Below, in pieces: positions 51,882-62,382 of a DNA stretch of 64,000 nt. Both the position numbers and the translations under genes were made by a program. The DNA comes from Octopus vulgaris. Taxonomy: Eukaryota. The DNA is taken from the NCBI GenBank assembly GCA_951406725.2, contig OX597816.1, positions 172,112,001 to 172,176,000 on the forward strand. Reading direction: 5' to 3'. The first letter of the stretch is position 1, and each line of letters begins with the position of its first letter. The notes under the pieces are model-generated. The model was not told the origin of the DNA, did not search any database, and worked only from the letters and a program-made list of their open reading frames with translations.

Positions 51882-54641
51882 ATGGAAATTACGCATTCCA
51901 AAATGAAATTCAACCAACTGCATATAATTTGGATATTACAATTCCAGGTAGCTGCTTCAGCTTTCAATGAAACAATTAACATCAAACACACTTGTTATAT
52001 CAATAACTTTACAATTTTCTGCAAAAACATTGATTTACATAATAAAAACTTAAACTTTGAACAGCTCAATGGCACATATATGTTATATCTTATCGGAACA
52101 AATCTACACTCTCTACAGGAGAATGTTTTCAATGGTACTCAAATTAAGCACTTATCAATATCTGACAATCCATTAACAGTAATTGACAAAAATGCATTTG
52201 GTGGACAAGAAGAATTCTTGGAAAGCTTAGAGCTATCAACAACAAATACAACACAACTAGTTGATTTTACAGCCCTTCAAAACCTGTATAACCTTGAAAC
52301 TCTTGAAATTGAGAATTTCTATATGAACCAGAATTTAAACAATTTTACTTCTGATAAGCTAATTAAACTGACAAAACTCTCTTTAATAAACAATAAAATT
52401 AAATACTTCAGCACAAAAGCTTTTGTACATTTGGGGAATTTAACCCAACTTCACATTACAAAAAATGAATTGGAAAAAATACCACTTCCACAAACCTTCA
52501 AATATCTACACAACTTACAACATCTTGACATGACAGAAAATGCTATCAAAGAAATAAGTATGGGAAATTTGCAAGAAAATAGAAAACTAGAAAATTTGTA
52601 TTTAATACAAAACTCAATCTCAAGAGTTGATGAATTTGCATTTCAAAATATTGAGAACAGCCTTCAACATTTAGACTTAAGTATAAACACAATTACAGAA
52701 GATCATCTGAAACATTTTAAAAACCTTTCAAAACTTGAAACCCTCAACTTCAATTACAATAGAATTAAAAGTCTATCAGGCGACATATTTCAAAATATGA
52801 ATAAACTGAAAACCTTGTCAGTGACAAATAACCAACTTACTAAATTGCAAAAAACACATTTAAAAGGTTTAATTAATCTTAAAGAACTATCTCTAAAGAA
52901 AAATCAATTGATCATTGAGGCCACAACAATGACTGAAGTGCCTCTCTTAGAAATTTTATATTTGGATAATCAAAATCTAAAAGGAACTATGGAAATAAAA
53001 TGGTTAGAAAATAACAGTGGAACACTGAAAAAATTATCGTTAAAAGGCAATAGTTTTAATAATACAGATCTTTGGACAGCAATTAAAACATTACCACATT
53101 TGGAATTCTTGGATCTTTCCAAATGTAATCTAGCAGTAATCCCTGCATTTGCATTTGAACAGAACTCAAAGCTAAAAGCCATAAAGCTAAATGACAACAA
53201 ATTAGAGAGTTTAGAGGAAGGTGCATTTCAAGGTCTACAAAACACTTTAGAGTCTATTAAACTCAGTAACAACCAGTTCCAAGTTGTGGACGAATGTGTT
53301 TTTAATAATTTCAACTGGCCAGAAAAGGAATATTTCAATATAGACCTCAGCAATAATAAACTGGTGTGTAATTGTTCTCTTCATTGGCTTCAAGTTCAGG
53401 TGCAAGAGTTTATTAAGAAATCTAATGATGTCTTTTTATCTGTTAATTACTGGAAGTGCCTCACTGCTAATGGAGAGGAATTGATTGCAACTACAAATTT
53501 GACCTGTGATAGTAATACAACAGTTTGCCAAGACTTTGGATCAAGATATACAACACAAACTGCTCAAGTAATTTCAACAGTTGAATTATCAACTATTGGT
53601 AATATAAGTACTCAAACTAAACAAGAGACCTCCATGGAAACAACCAAGGAAAGTTCTATTTCAACTACAAGTTCAACACCTAAACTAGAGACTGCTACGA
53701 AAACAACTGAAGAAAGTGGTCTGTCAACTACAAATTCAATTACCAAAACAACTCCAAAACCTTTTCAGAAACCTAACATTACAATTAAACTTTACAGAGA
53801 GGCTTCAAATGTTAAAATATCATGGAATATATCAGATCTATCCAGGGTAAGGTATTTTATTTTACAAATTAAGGAAATTCTTCCTAATCAAGAAAGGAAA
53901 GCTCAATCAGTACTAATACACAAATTAACACAATTCCATATATATCCATATTTAAACAGTGAATCAATTATACATATTTGTATCATTGTTAATATGACTG
54001 CTAATAGCAATTTAATTGATGCCTGTGATACTTTACGCCCAAAAGAAAAAGAGCACAGCCCAAGTACGAGCAGCAAAAATACATTAGAGATAGGACTAGG
54101 AATTGGTGTATTTGTTGCACTTTTAATCCTTGTTATTTTACTCTGTGTATTATACAGAAATCGTAAAAACAATAAGAAACATATATATGAAGAACCTACA
54201 ACTCCAGAAAGGACACAAGCCAATTTAACACCAAAAACTAAACGTTATACAAGAAAAAAACCAAATGAAACTAAAGTGCCAACCATTTCTGTAATATCTC
54301 ATGGTCAAGTTCAGCCAGATCAACAGCTTTCTGCAGGAAGCTACCAATATTTGGATAACCCTGGTTTTACACTAGGTGAAAAATATGAAGAAATTCAGAA
54401 CCCCCAAATTGTGCAAGATAAAGCAATAGACAATAAGGAAAATATAAGGAATGGTGGTAAGAAAAGTACTTTCCAAGATCAATCATTACCTATAAATAAT
54501 TTACCTGCACAAAGAGAATCACATTTGAATCATGCACAAAGACCTTTACCAAGTCTTCCAAAGAATGAAGATGGTAATATTTCAAGCAATAAAAATGAAA
54601 TTATTTATACCACACTTGAACTGGTAGAAAGTGATGTATAA
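51882..54641 (+). CDS. Single-pass leucine-rich-repeat membrane receptor, 919 aa (SP, ~17-18 LRR, LRRCT, S/T stalk, putative FN3-like domain, TM, cytoplasmic tail); antisense to ATG2
   Basis: 2760-nt uninterrupted ORF; repeated LxxLxLxxNxL; LRRCT NKLVCNCSLHWL..WKC..LTC; hydrophobic IGLGIGVFVALLILVILLCVLY (~54090-54155) followed by RNRKNNKK; the ATG at 51903 (MKFNQ...AASA) may be the true start. Confidence 0.93.
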   Translation: MEITHSKMKFNQLHIIWILQFQVAASAFNETINIKHTCYINNFTIFCKNIDLHNKNLNFEQLNGTYMLYLIGTNLHSLQENVFNGTQIKHLSISDNPLTVIDKNAFGGQEEFLESLELSTTNTTQLVDFTALQNLYNLETLEIENFYMNQNLNNFTSDKLIKLTKLSLINNKIKYFSTKAFVHLGNLTQLHITKNELEKIPLPQTFKYLHNLQHLDMTENAIKEISMGNLQENRKLENLYLIQNSISRVDEFAFQNIENSLQHLDLSINTITEDHLKHFKNLSKLETLNFNYNRIKSLSGDIFQNMNKLKTLSVTNNQLTKLQKTHLKGLINLKELSLKKNQLIIEATTMTEVPLLEILYLDNQNLKGTMEIKWLENNSGTLKKLSLKGNSFNNTDLWTAIKTLPHLEFLDLSKCNLAVIPAFAFEQNSKLKAIKLNDNKLESLEEGAFQGLQNTLESIKLSNNQFQVVDECVFNNFNWPEKEYFNIDLSNNKLVCNCSLHWLQVQVQEFIKKSNDVFLSVNYWKCLTANGEELIATTNLTCDSNTTVCQDFGSRYTTQTAQVISTVELSTIGNISTQTKQETSMETTKESSISTTSSTPKLETATKTTEESGLSTTNSITKTTPKPFQKPNITIKLYREASNVKISWNISDLSRVRYFILQIKEILPNQERKAQSVLIHKLTQFHIYPYLNSESIIHICIIVNMTANSNLIDACDTLRPKEKEHSPSTSSKNTLEIGLGIGVFVALLILVILLCVLYRNRKNNKKHIYEEPTTPERTQANLTPKTKRYTRKKPNETKVPTISVISHGQVQPDQQLSAGSYQYLDNPGFTLGEKYEEIQNPQIVQDKAIDNKENIRNGGKKSTFQDQSLPINNLPAQRESHLNHAQRPLPSLPKNEDGNISSNKNEIIYTTLELVESDV

Positions 54642-55207
54642 ATATGAACTTTTAAAAGTCATCGTATTTCAGTATTATTCACTGTTTTAGTCATTAAGCT
54701 GCAAGTATACTGTCCATTATTATTTGAATTTCCTGCATTGAAGGAAATATAGTTTTAAATATAATTTATTTTGCATTCCTGTTCTGTCGCTTTTAAAGGT
54801 TGTATTGTTTTTCATATATTCAATATTTTTCATATATTCAATACCAATACACTAAATCAGTTTTTACAGAGCTGATGGCAGCTAAATAGCAACCTATATG
54901 ACAGAGAATGGTGTTACTTTATTCTCATTATGGGGGTTCAACTTCTACAGTAAGGATAAATTTTGTTAGTTAAAAATGGAAGGAGACAGCCTGGTCTATT
55001 TGAATTTTTTTTCCTTTGCACATTTAAAAAAAAAAATTATATTCATTACACTGGCTAAAATATATTTGTAACTCTTTTACTGTGTGTAAGAATTTTGTTG
55101 TCACCTGATCAGAATAACTTGAAGAGACAGTCTGGCCTATTTGAGTTTTTTTTCCTTAGCACAATATATTTAAATATCATTAGTTTGTAAAAAAGTAAAT
55201 TAGATGA

Positions 55208-55251
55208 AACTATGCTGATGAGGTCTAATAGACTGAAACATATCCATAGTT
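55208..55251 (+). ncRNA. Minimal type I hammerhead ribozyme motif (stem III mismatch)
   Basis: AACTATG-CTGATGA-GGTC(taata)GACT-GAAAC-AT-ATC^-CATAGTT: perfect 7-bp stem I, intact CUGAUGA and GAAA core, AUC cleavage triplet. Confidence 0.7.
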
Positions 55252-55777
55252 CTTATTTGCCAACAAAATCAGGCTTTTCTCTCAGCTTGTAGAGAAATTA
55301 ATTCTTAATTTCTTGAAATTCTCTTTTCATTAAGAGTGGTCAACATTTGTTCCAAGATTTATATTTACTTCTCCAACTAATAGGGAAATTTCAATTAAAA
55401 ATATTTTTCAAATGGTATTTTATGTCATCCCCTTAACTTACTAAACTTTAATATTGTTCCTCATCAGTAGCTGGTATTCAGTTAAATACTAAATTTTATT
55501 TTCAACTGAAATTCATATTCTTTTCTTGAAATATATTTAAATATCATTGGTTTGTAAAAAAGTAAATTAGATGAAACTATTTCATAGATATCCCAAGTAA
55601 TTGATTTAAACTGTAGAATCCCTCACAAAATTGAATTTGTTCAATGCAAAAGTAACACAAACTGTTGCCACTATAAAGTGATTTTATTTTGTTCACAGGT
55701 TTATGACAATATGAACAAGTAAAGTTGTAAATCTTCCTCACAGTTGTTTGTAAATTAAGAAATAAGCTAATATCTAC

Positions 55778-56210
55778 ATCATCATCATCATCATCATTTA
55801 GCGTCCGCTTTCCATGCTAGCATGGGTTGGACGGTTCAACTGGGGTCTGTGAAGCCAGAAAGCTGCATCAGGCCCAGTCTGATCTAGCAGTGTTTCTACG
55901 GCTGGATGCCCTTCCTAACGCCAACCACTCCGTGAGTGTAGTGGGTGCTTTTTACGTGCCACCCGCACAGGTGCCAGACGGAGCTGGCAAACGGCCATGG
56001 ACGGAGCTGGCACGGACGGATGGTGCTTTTTACATGCCACTGGCATGGGGGCCGGGCGAGGCTGGCAACGGCCACGATCAGATGGTGCTTTTTACGTGCC
56101 ACCGACACGGGGGCCAGACGAGGCTGGCAACGGCCACGAACGGATGGTACTACGTGCCACTGGCACGGGGGCCAGGCGAGGCTGGCAATGGACACGAACG
56201 GATGGTGCCA
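55778..56210 (-). mobile_element. 5'-truncated RTE 3' UTR copy with ~4 minisatellite units
   Basis: (CAT)n on the plus strand, then the conserved tail and repeated gtgccac(t/c)ggcac units. Confidence 0.85.
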
Positions 56211-56539
56211 TAATAATTATACAAATATACACTTGATACACTAGAAATAACAGTCAAGCCTCTTTCAAATCATATCAATACATCTTTAAAAAGGACTAGG
56301 TAATGTAGTCTGCAAAATAAATTAAAATTTTAAAAAGATAAAATAAAATAAATGTGATGGTCACAGATCATAGTTCTGCTCATTCAGAGCTGAGCCGAGG
56401 TTAGATAACAATAATCTAAAATAATAAGAAAAACAGAAATCAAAAGCTAAAAACAATTATATGAGAATCAAACCAAAAAGGAAGACATGAAAAGCTGCTT
56501 AGAAATTGCTATTTAGATTGAATACAGATTCAATAACAA

Positions 56540-56780
56540 ATAATAATAATAATCCTTTCTCGTACAAGTACAAGGCCTGTAATTTTGGGGGAGGGCACTA
56601 GTCAATTGCATCAACCTTGGTGCTCAACTTGTATTCATTCTATTGACCCTGAGAGGATGAAAGGCAAAGTTGACATTGGCAGCATTTGAACTAAGAATGT
56701 GAAGGTGGACCAAATACTGCTGAGCATTTCACCCAGCATGCTAACTATTCTCCCAGCTTGCCACCTTATTACTGATGATG

Positions 56781-56825
<45 letters not shown>

Positions 56826-56838
56826 GATAATAATAATA

Positions 56839-56878
<40 letters not shown>

Positions 56879-56881
56879 GTA

Positions 56882-56912
<31 letters not shown>

Positions 56913-57882
56913 GGAAAAAGCACTGAAAAAGCTAAGTGTATGAAAACCCATGCTAAAACTGCTGCCTCAGCAAATACCCAAAGAGAGCTAATAATGCCAA
57001 TGTTGACAAAGCCCTTATGGCTAGAGTATTCTGGCTTAAAATCAGAAACAGTAGGGTTTATCATAGCAGCCCAAGATCAATGCCTACCTACAAGGAACTA
57101 CCAGGCTGACATATTGAAGAATGGCAGTAGCCCAACATGTCGTGTACGTAAACAACAAAATGAAACCATCAATCATGTTGTCTCCAAGTGGAGTCTTTTT
57201 GTGCCTACAGAGTATCTCAACAGGCATGACAGAGCAGCACAGTATATTCACTGGGTAATGTGCAAAAACTTGGGTCTGCTCCATGGTAAAATCTGGTGGG
57301 AACACAAACCACCTCTGGTGATTCAAAATGATCACATCTCACTCCTCTGGAACTTCATTGTTCAAACTGACAGAAAGATAGATGCGAATAGGCCAGACAT
57401 TATATTGAAGGACTTCAAACAAAAATCAAGCCTCCCCATTGACATAACTGTCCCAATTGACATAAATGTATCTGTCAAGACCAACCAAAAACTGAGCAAG
57501 TATAAAGATCTTGAAATAGAAATCAGCAAAATTTAGAACCTCAAGACTAAAATAGTACCTGTTGTCACAGGTGCCCTAGGATGATAGCAAAAGGGGCTGA
57601 TTCCTACATAGGAAACCCCAAAATGGCAAAAATTCAAAAAATAGTGCTCATGGGAACTGCCCATGTCCTACATAAAATGCTGTCTACGTAATCCCAAATT
57701 TTAAAACAAACTAATAATAATAATAATAATCCTTTCTTATTTTGGCACAAAGCCATAATTTTGAGGGGAGGGGAATAGTCAATTACATCATCTCCAAAGG
57801 GTAAAAAGCAAAGTTGACCTTGGTGGAATTTGAGCTCAGAACCCAGAGGCAGATTAGATTACGCTAATCATTTTACTCAACA

Positions 57883-57930
<48 letters not shown>

Positions 57931-58155
57931 CCTAATAATCCTTTCTACTATAGGCACAAAACCTGAAATCTTTTGTGGGAGTGGAGGCCAGTCAATTAGA
58001 TCAACCCCAGTATGCGATTGATACTTAATTTATCGATGCCAAAGGGTTGAATGGCAAAGTTGACTTTGGCAGAATTTGAACTCAGAACGTAGTGATGGGC
58101 AAAATACCACTAAGCTTTTTGTCCAGTTGCCACTATAGTAATAATGATGATGATG

Positions 58156-58218
<63 letters not shown>

Positions 58219-58445
58219 TCTACTAAAGGTACAAGGCCTGAAATTTTTGGGGAGGGGACTAGTCGGTTACATTGACCCCAGCGTTTTACTGGTACTTAAT
58301 TTATGAACCCCAAAAGGATGAAAAGCAAAGTCAACCTCAGCAGAATTTGAACTCAGAACATAGCAATGAGTAAAATACCACCAAGCATTTTGTCCAGTGT
58401 ACTAACAATTCTGCCAGCTTGCTGCGTTAACACCAACAACAACAA
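56540..58445 (-). repeat. Cluster of four family B SINEs separated by (TAA)n tracts, containing the Dong/R4 fragment
   Basis: SINEs at ~56553-56767, 57730-57845, 57938-58130 and 58215-58427. Confidence 0.8.
56910..57712 (+). mobile_element. R4/Dong-clade non-LTR retrotransposon 3' fragment (restriction-like endonuclease)
   Basis: AAQDQ, degenerate CCHC knuckle, RHD, NRPDI, IDITVP and K.SKY.DL..EI motifs; flanked by (TAA)n on both sides. Confidence 0.85.
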
Positions 58446-58627
58446 CAATTATAATAAATAGCTCTAGTGAATTCTGTAAGAACAAACAAGTTGCTATCTG
58501 CTCTTACAGAAGTAAATGGTGGTCTACTTGAGCTATTTCATAAGGTAGATAATAGGTCTCCACAAAATCAAATCAGTCTAACATCATCATACAATTAGTA
58601 TCCTAACAATGCCTAAGCTATCTTTAA

Positions 58628-59073
58628 CTCTTTAGCATTTAAAATAGCCATACCCAGCCCAAATATTCAACCCATTTTATGTTCAAACTAGCCACCTCTT
58701 ACCCTTACCCAACAATGCCATTCTAAAAAGAATAACAAATAAATAAACACTCATATCATTGAAATCTCAAAGCTATGAGATAATGCATGACTAATTTTTT
58801 AAAATGTTAATAAATATTACATTTGATGGAATAATCTGAATGTTAAAGGGTTAACCCTTTAGTGTTCATATTATTCTATCAAACATAATGCTTATTGATT
58901 CCCATTGATTTGAATTAATCATGCATTATCTCATATCTTCAAGATCTTGATGGTGTAATTACTTAATGTAGAATAACATTGTAGGGTAGGTGCGAGAGCC
59001 TGGATCTGGTCAGTTTGAACATAAAACAGATTAACTATTTTGGCCGGATATGGCCGGTTTAAATACTAAAGGG
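58628..59073. mobile_element. Two family 2 piggyBac-like MITEs head-to-head sharing TTAA 58851-58854
   Basis: aaaggg-TTAA-cccttt junction; right copy nearly identical to 23869-24087, left copy older and inverted. Confidence 0.8.
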
Positions 59074-60899
59074 TTAATGTAGGCATGCTGTATGATGGTT
59101 TAGACTTTTACATATGTGACCTGACCCTATTTTATAAGTAGGTAGAAGATTTTTTTAAGGGAAATTTAGCCTCTACATTGATCAGGTTAATAAAATAAAT
59201 GCTCTAATAGATGCTTAGGTACTCATCATAATGGTATAGTAGTTATTCTAGAAGTAATATAGTAACTAAAATGTTATGATTAATTGAACCTACTATCAAG
59301 AAAATAAATCTAATTTCAAATGAAAAGTTAATTACATCCAATATCTATTTTTGTTGTAGCCAAGGCAGTAAGCTGGGAGAACCGTTAGCACACTAGGCGA
59401 AATGCTTAGTAGCATTTCATCTATCTTCATGCTCTGAGTTCAAATTCCACCAAGGTTGTCTTTGCCTTTCATCCTTACAGGGTCAGTAAAATAAGTACCC
59501 CCTCCCCAAAAATTGCTGGCCTTGTACCAAAATTTGAAATCTATATCCATTTTTGGCTGTAGCCATGAAATACATGCACAAATTTACAAAAGGATCAAAT
59601 CTGTTGAAAGCAAAAGATGAAAGTCAAGTCTTTTTTTAAAAGAACAATGCTTTTGAGTGGATTTCAGTTTAACCTTTTCGTTACTGTATTTATTTTGAGA
59701 TGCTCTGTTTCTTTCAATTATTTTAAATATAACAAAGAATTTAGTAAAATAACTTAGTTATCATTAAGCTAGTATAAGGAACATAAATTGGGATTCAGGT
59801 TTGGTGGTAGATTTTTATTCAAAATTTATAAAAACAAGACCTTTGTACTACAGAGCCAGAGCCAGTTTTGGCCGGGTTGGTATCCCAAGTAATAGAATTG
59901 GAGAAGCTAACGCTAAAACTTGAAAATCTTTTCAAATCAACAGATTCAGATTCTTTGGTAATTAAACTGTAAATAATCTGTATCTTAAAGAAACAACCTC
60001 TTACAAAAATGTACATAATGAAGTTATAAATAATAAGAACTTAGATGTCTAAAAACAACAAAAAACAAAATGAACTTTGCCAGATGAAAAACAAATTAAA
60101 CATGAGTCTGCATGTATTACAGTTGTCTGTACTCGACAAAATGCCCCAGCATGGTCACAACCAATGACTGAAACCAGTAAGCAAAAAGAATACAGTATAC
60201 ACTTCATGTTTCAATTGTATAAATCTTGAAGAATGGCAATTGTTAAAACCCATGTAAATATTTGAATAAATGATTAAAAATATAAATATTGATTAAAAAT
60301 ATAAAAAACAATTGGTTTTAATATTCATTTATTAATTTTATTTAATATTTACTTTTTTTTTATAATTTATTGAGAAAGAGTGAAAGTTATCTAGTCTTGC
60401 CAGTCTAGAAGAGACTGGGAGGTAGAGTAATATTACATTTAACATTTTATTTCAACTAATGAAACAATGAGTGAACTTCTAGGTGGTCTCTCAGACTGTT
60501 CAAAACAAAAACCAAATCTCTCAAACTATAATCTACCACACTCCTCTCCAGAAAACAGAATACATTAAGCAAAGTAATTCTAGAAGTTCTATGTCTGAAG
60601 AAATACAAAATGAAGGGCAAAGTTAACATTCCAGCAATGACTATCCCATCCCTTTCTTAAGACATTGTGCAATGTATACCATCTTTTCAAGTTAGTAAGG
60701 TTTTGGCAGTTCTTTCTAGCTTGTCAAGTAATTACATAGAGGCTTATTTAATGACTTGAAAATATATTTGCTAATTTCAGTTAAGCCTATATTTAGAGAC
60801 ACAAGAACAGATTGAAGAAGGAAAACCCCATCCTGCAAGATATTCATACCTAACTGAAAATAATAAGCTTGTCAGACACAGCCAAGTCATCATTCATAT

Positions 60900-61117
60900 T
60901 CTCTTTTACTCTTTTACTTGTTTCAGTCATTTGACTGCGGCCATGCTGGAGCACTGCCTTTTAATCGACAACTCGACCCCGGGACTTATTCTTTTGTAAG
61001 CCCAGTACTTATTCTATCGGTCTATCTTTTGCCGAACCGCTAAGTAACGGGGACATAAACACACCACCATCAGTTGTCAAGCAATGTTGGGGGACAAACA
61101 CAGACACACAAACATAT

Positions 61118-61148
<31 letters not shown>

Positions 61149-61320
61149 CATATATACGACAGGCTTCTTTCAGTTTCCGTCTACCAAATCCACTCACAAG
61201 GCTTTGGTCTGCCCGAGGCTGTAGTAGAAGACACTTGCCCAGGGTGCCACGCAGTGGGACTGAACCCGGAACCATGTGGTTGGTATATAAGCTACTTACC
61301 ACACAGCCACTCCTGCGCCT
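60900..61320 (-). mobile_element. SINE family A
   Basis: Collinear match. Confidence 0.9.
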
Positions 61321-62382
61321 ATATTGCAAACATATGAATATAAAAAAAAAAGATGACTAAACAAAAATAAAACAAAAGCAAGCATAGATTCCTGCCTTCC
61401 AAACTTTTTAACTGTGAAATTAGGAAACCCAAATATAGAACTGCATATAATAGTCTTTATATATTAAGATTTCTATTTGACTGTCCACGTTTATATGTAG
61501 ACTTTCCATTAAAAATGAAAACATTGTATTGTTCCTTTTAGAGCTTAAATACAGAGATGTATTGGATGAAACAGTAAAGTGGTAATAGAAGTTGCAAATA
61601 GTGTATATATGATGAAAGAATTGGATGCAGCCTAACAGGAAATTGTGATGTTAATAATAAAAAGAAGTTCCTAAAGTCATTCATAAAATTATGTCTACCA
61701 TAAGGACTCATTTAACTGATGCCAATATAGAACTTTACAAAACGATCATCATCATCATCATCATCCTCGTTTAATGTCCATTTTCCATGCTAGCATGGGT
61801 TGGACGGTTCAACTGGGGTCTGGGAAGCCAAAAGGCTGCACCAGGCCCAGTCTGATCTGGCAGTGTTTCTACAGCTGGATGCCCTTCCTAACGCCAACCA
61901 CTCCGTGGGTGTAGTGGGTGCTTTTTACGTGCCACCTGCTCAGGTGGCACGTAAAATAATAATAATAATAATAATAATAATGATTAAGAGGACACTTGGA
62001 CATTTATATATTTAGTTATGGTATATACCACATAGTAAATAACGACAACTTTAGTCAGTCCATTAAGTAGTCCTGGGATTGTTCCTTGCAACCTAGGTGT
62101 ATTAATGAATGAAAGTCTTGCTACTTAAAGCATAAAATAGTTATCCTGGACCCACAACATTCAATGCAACATTTGCAATACACATCCCCGATAAATGACA
62201 GAGGCTGCTTTTGAAGATGCTTAGATCATCATTGAAGGAATAGAAGGGGTTAAGGGGGAGAAAGCTCATGTTCTGAGAGAGAAATGAGAATAGAAGATGA
62301 AATTTTTGTTTCAATAGTGACAATGATTCTTGTCATTTATGGCCACCAGTTCAATTAACTAAAAGTGAAATGAGCCAAGTCA

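Noticed and set aside
52970-54223. Antisense ORFs overlapping the LRR CDS (52970-53200, 53903-54223)
   Set aside because: Shadow ORFs of the plus-strand gene with no ATG2 similarity
51882-54641. Toll-like receptor call for the LRR gene
   Set aside because: The cytoplasmic tail is low-complexity with no TIR boxes; no specific ortholog recognised, so no gene symbol given
59819-62323. Minus-strand ORFs 59819-60016 and 62141-62323 as candidate upstream ATG2 exons
   Set aside because: No recognisable ATG2 motifs or convincing splice-site pairs
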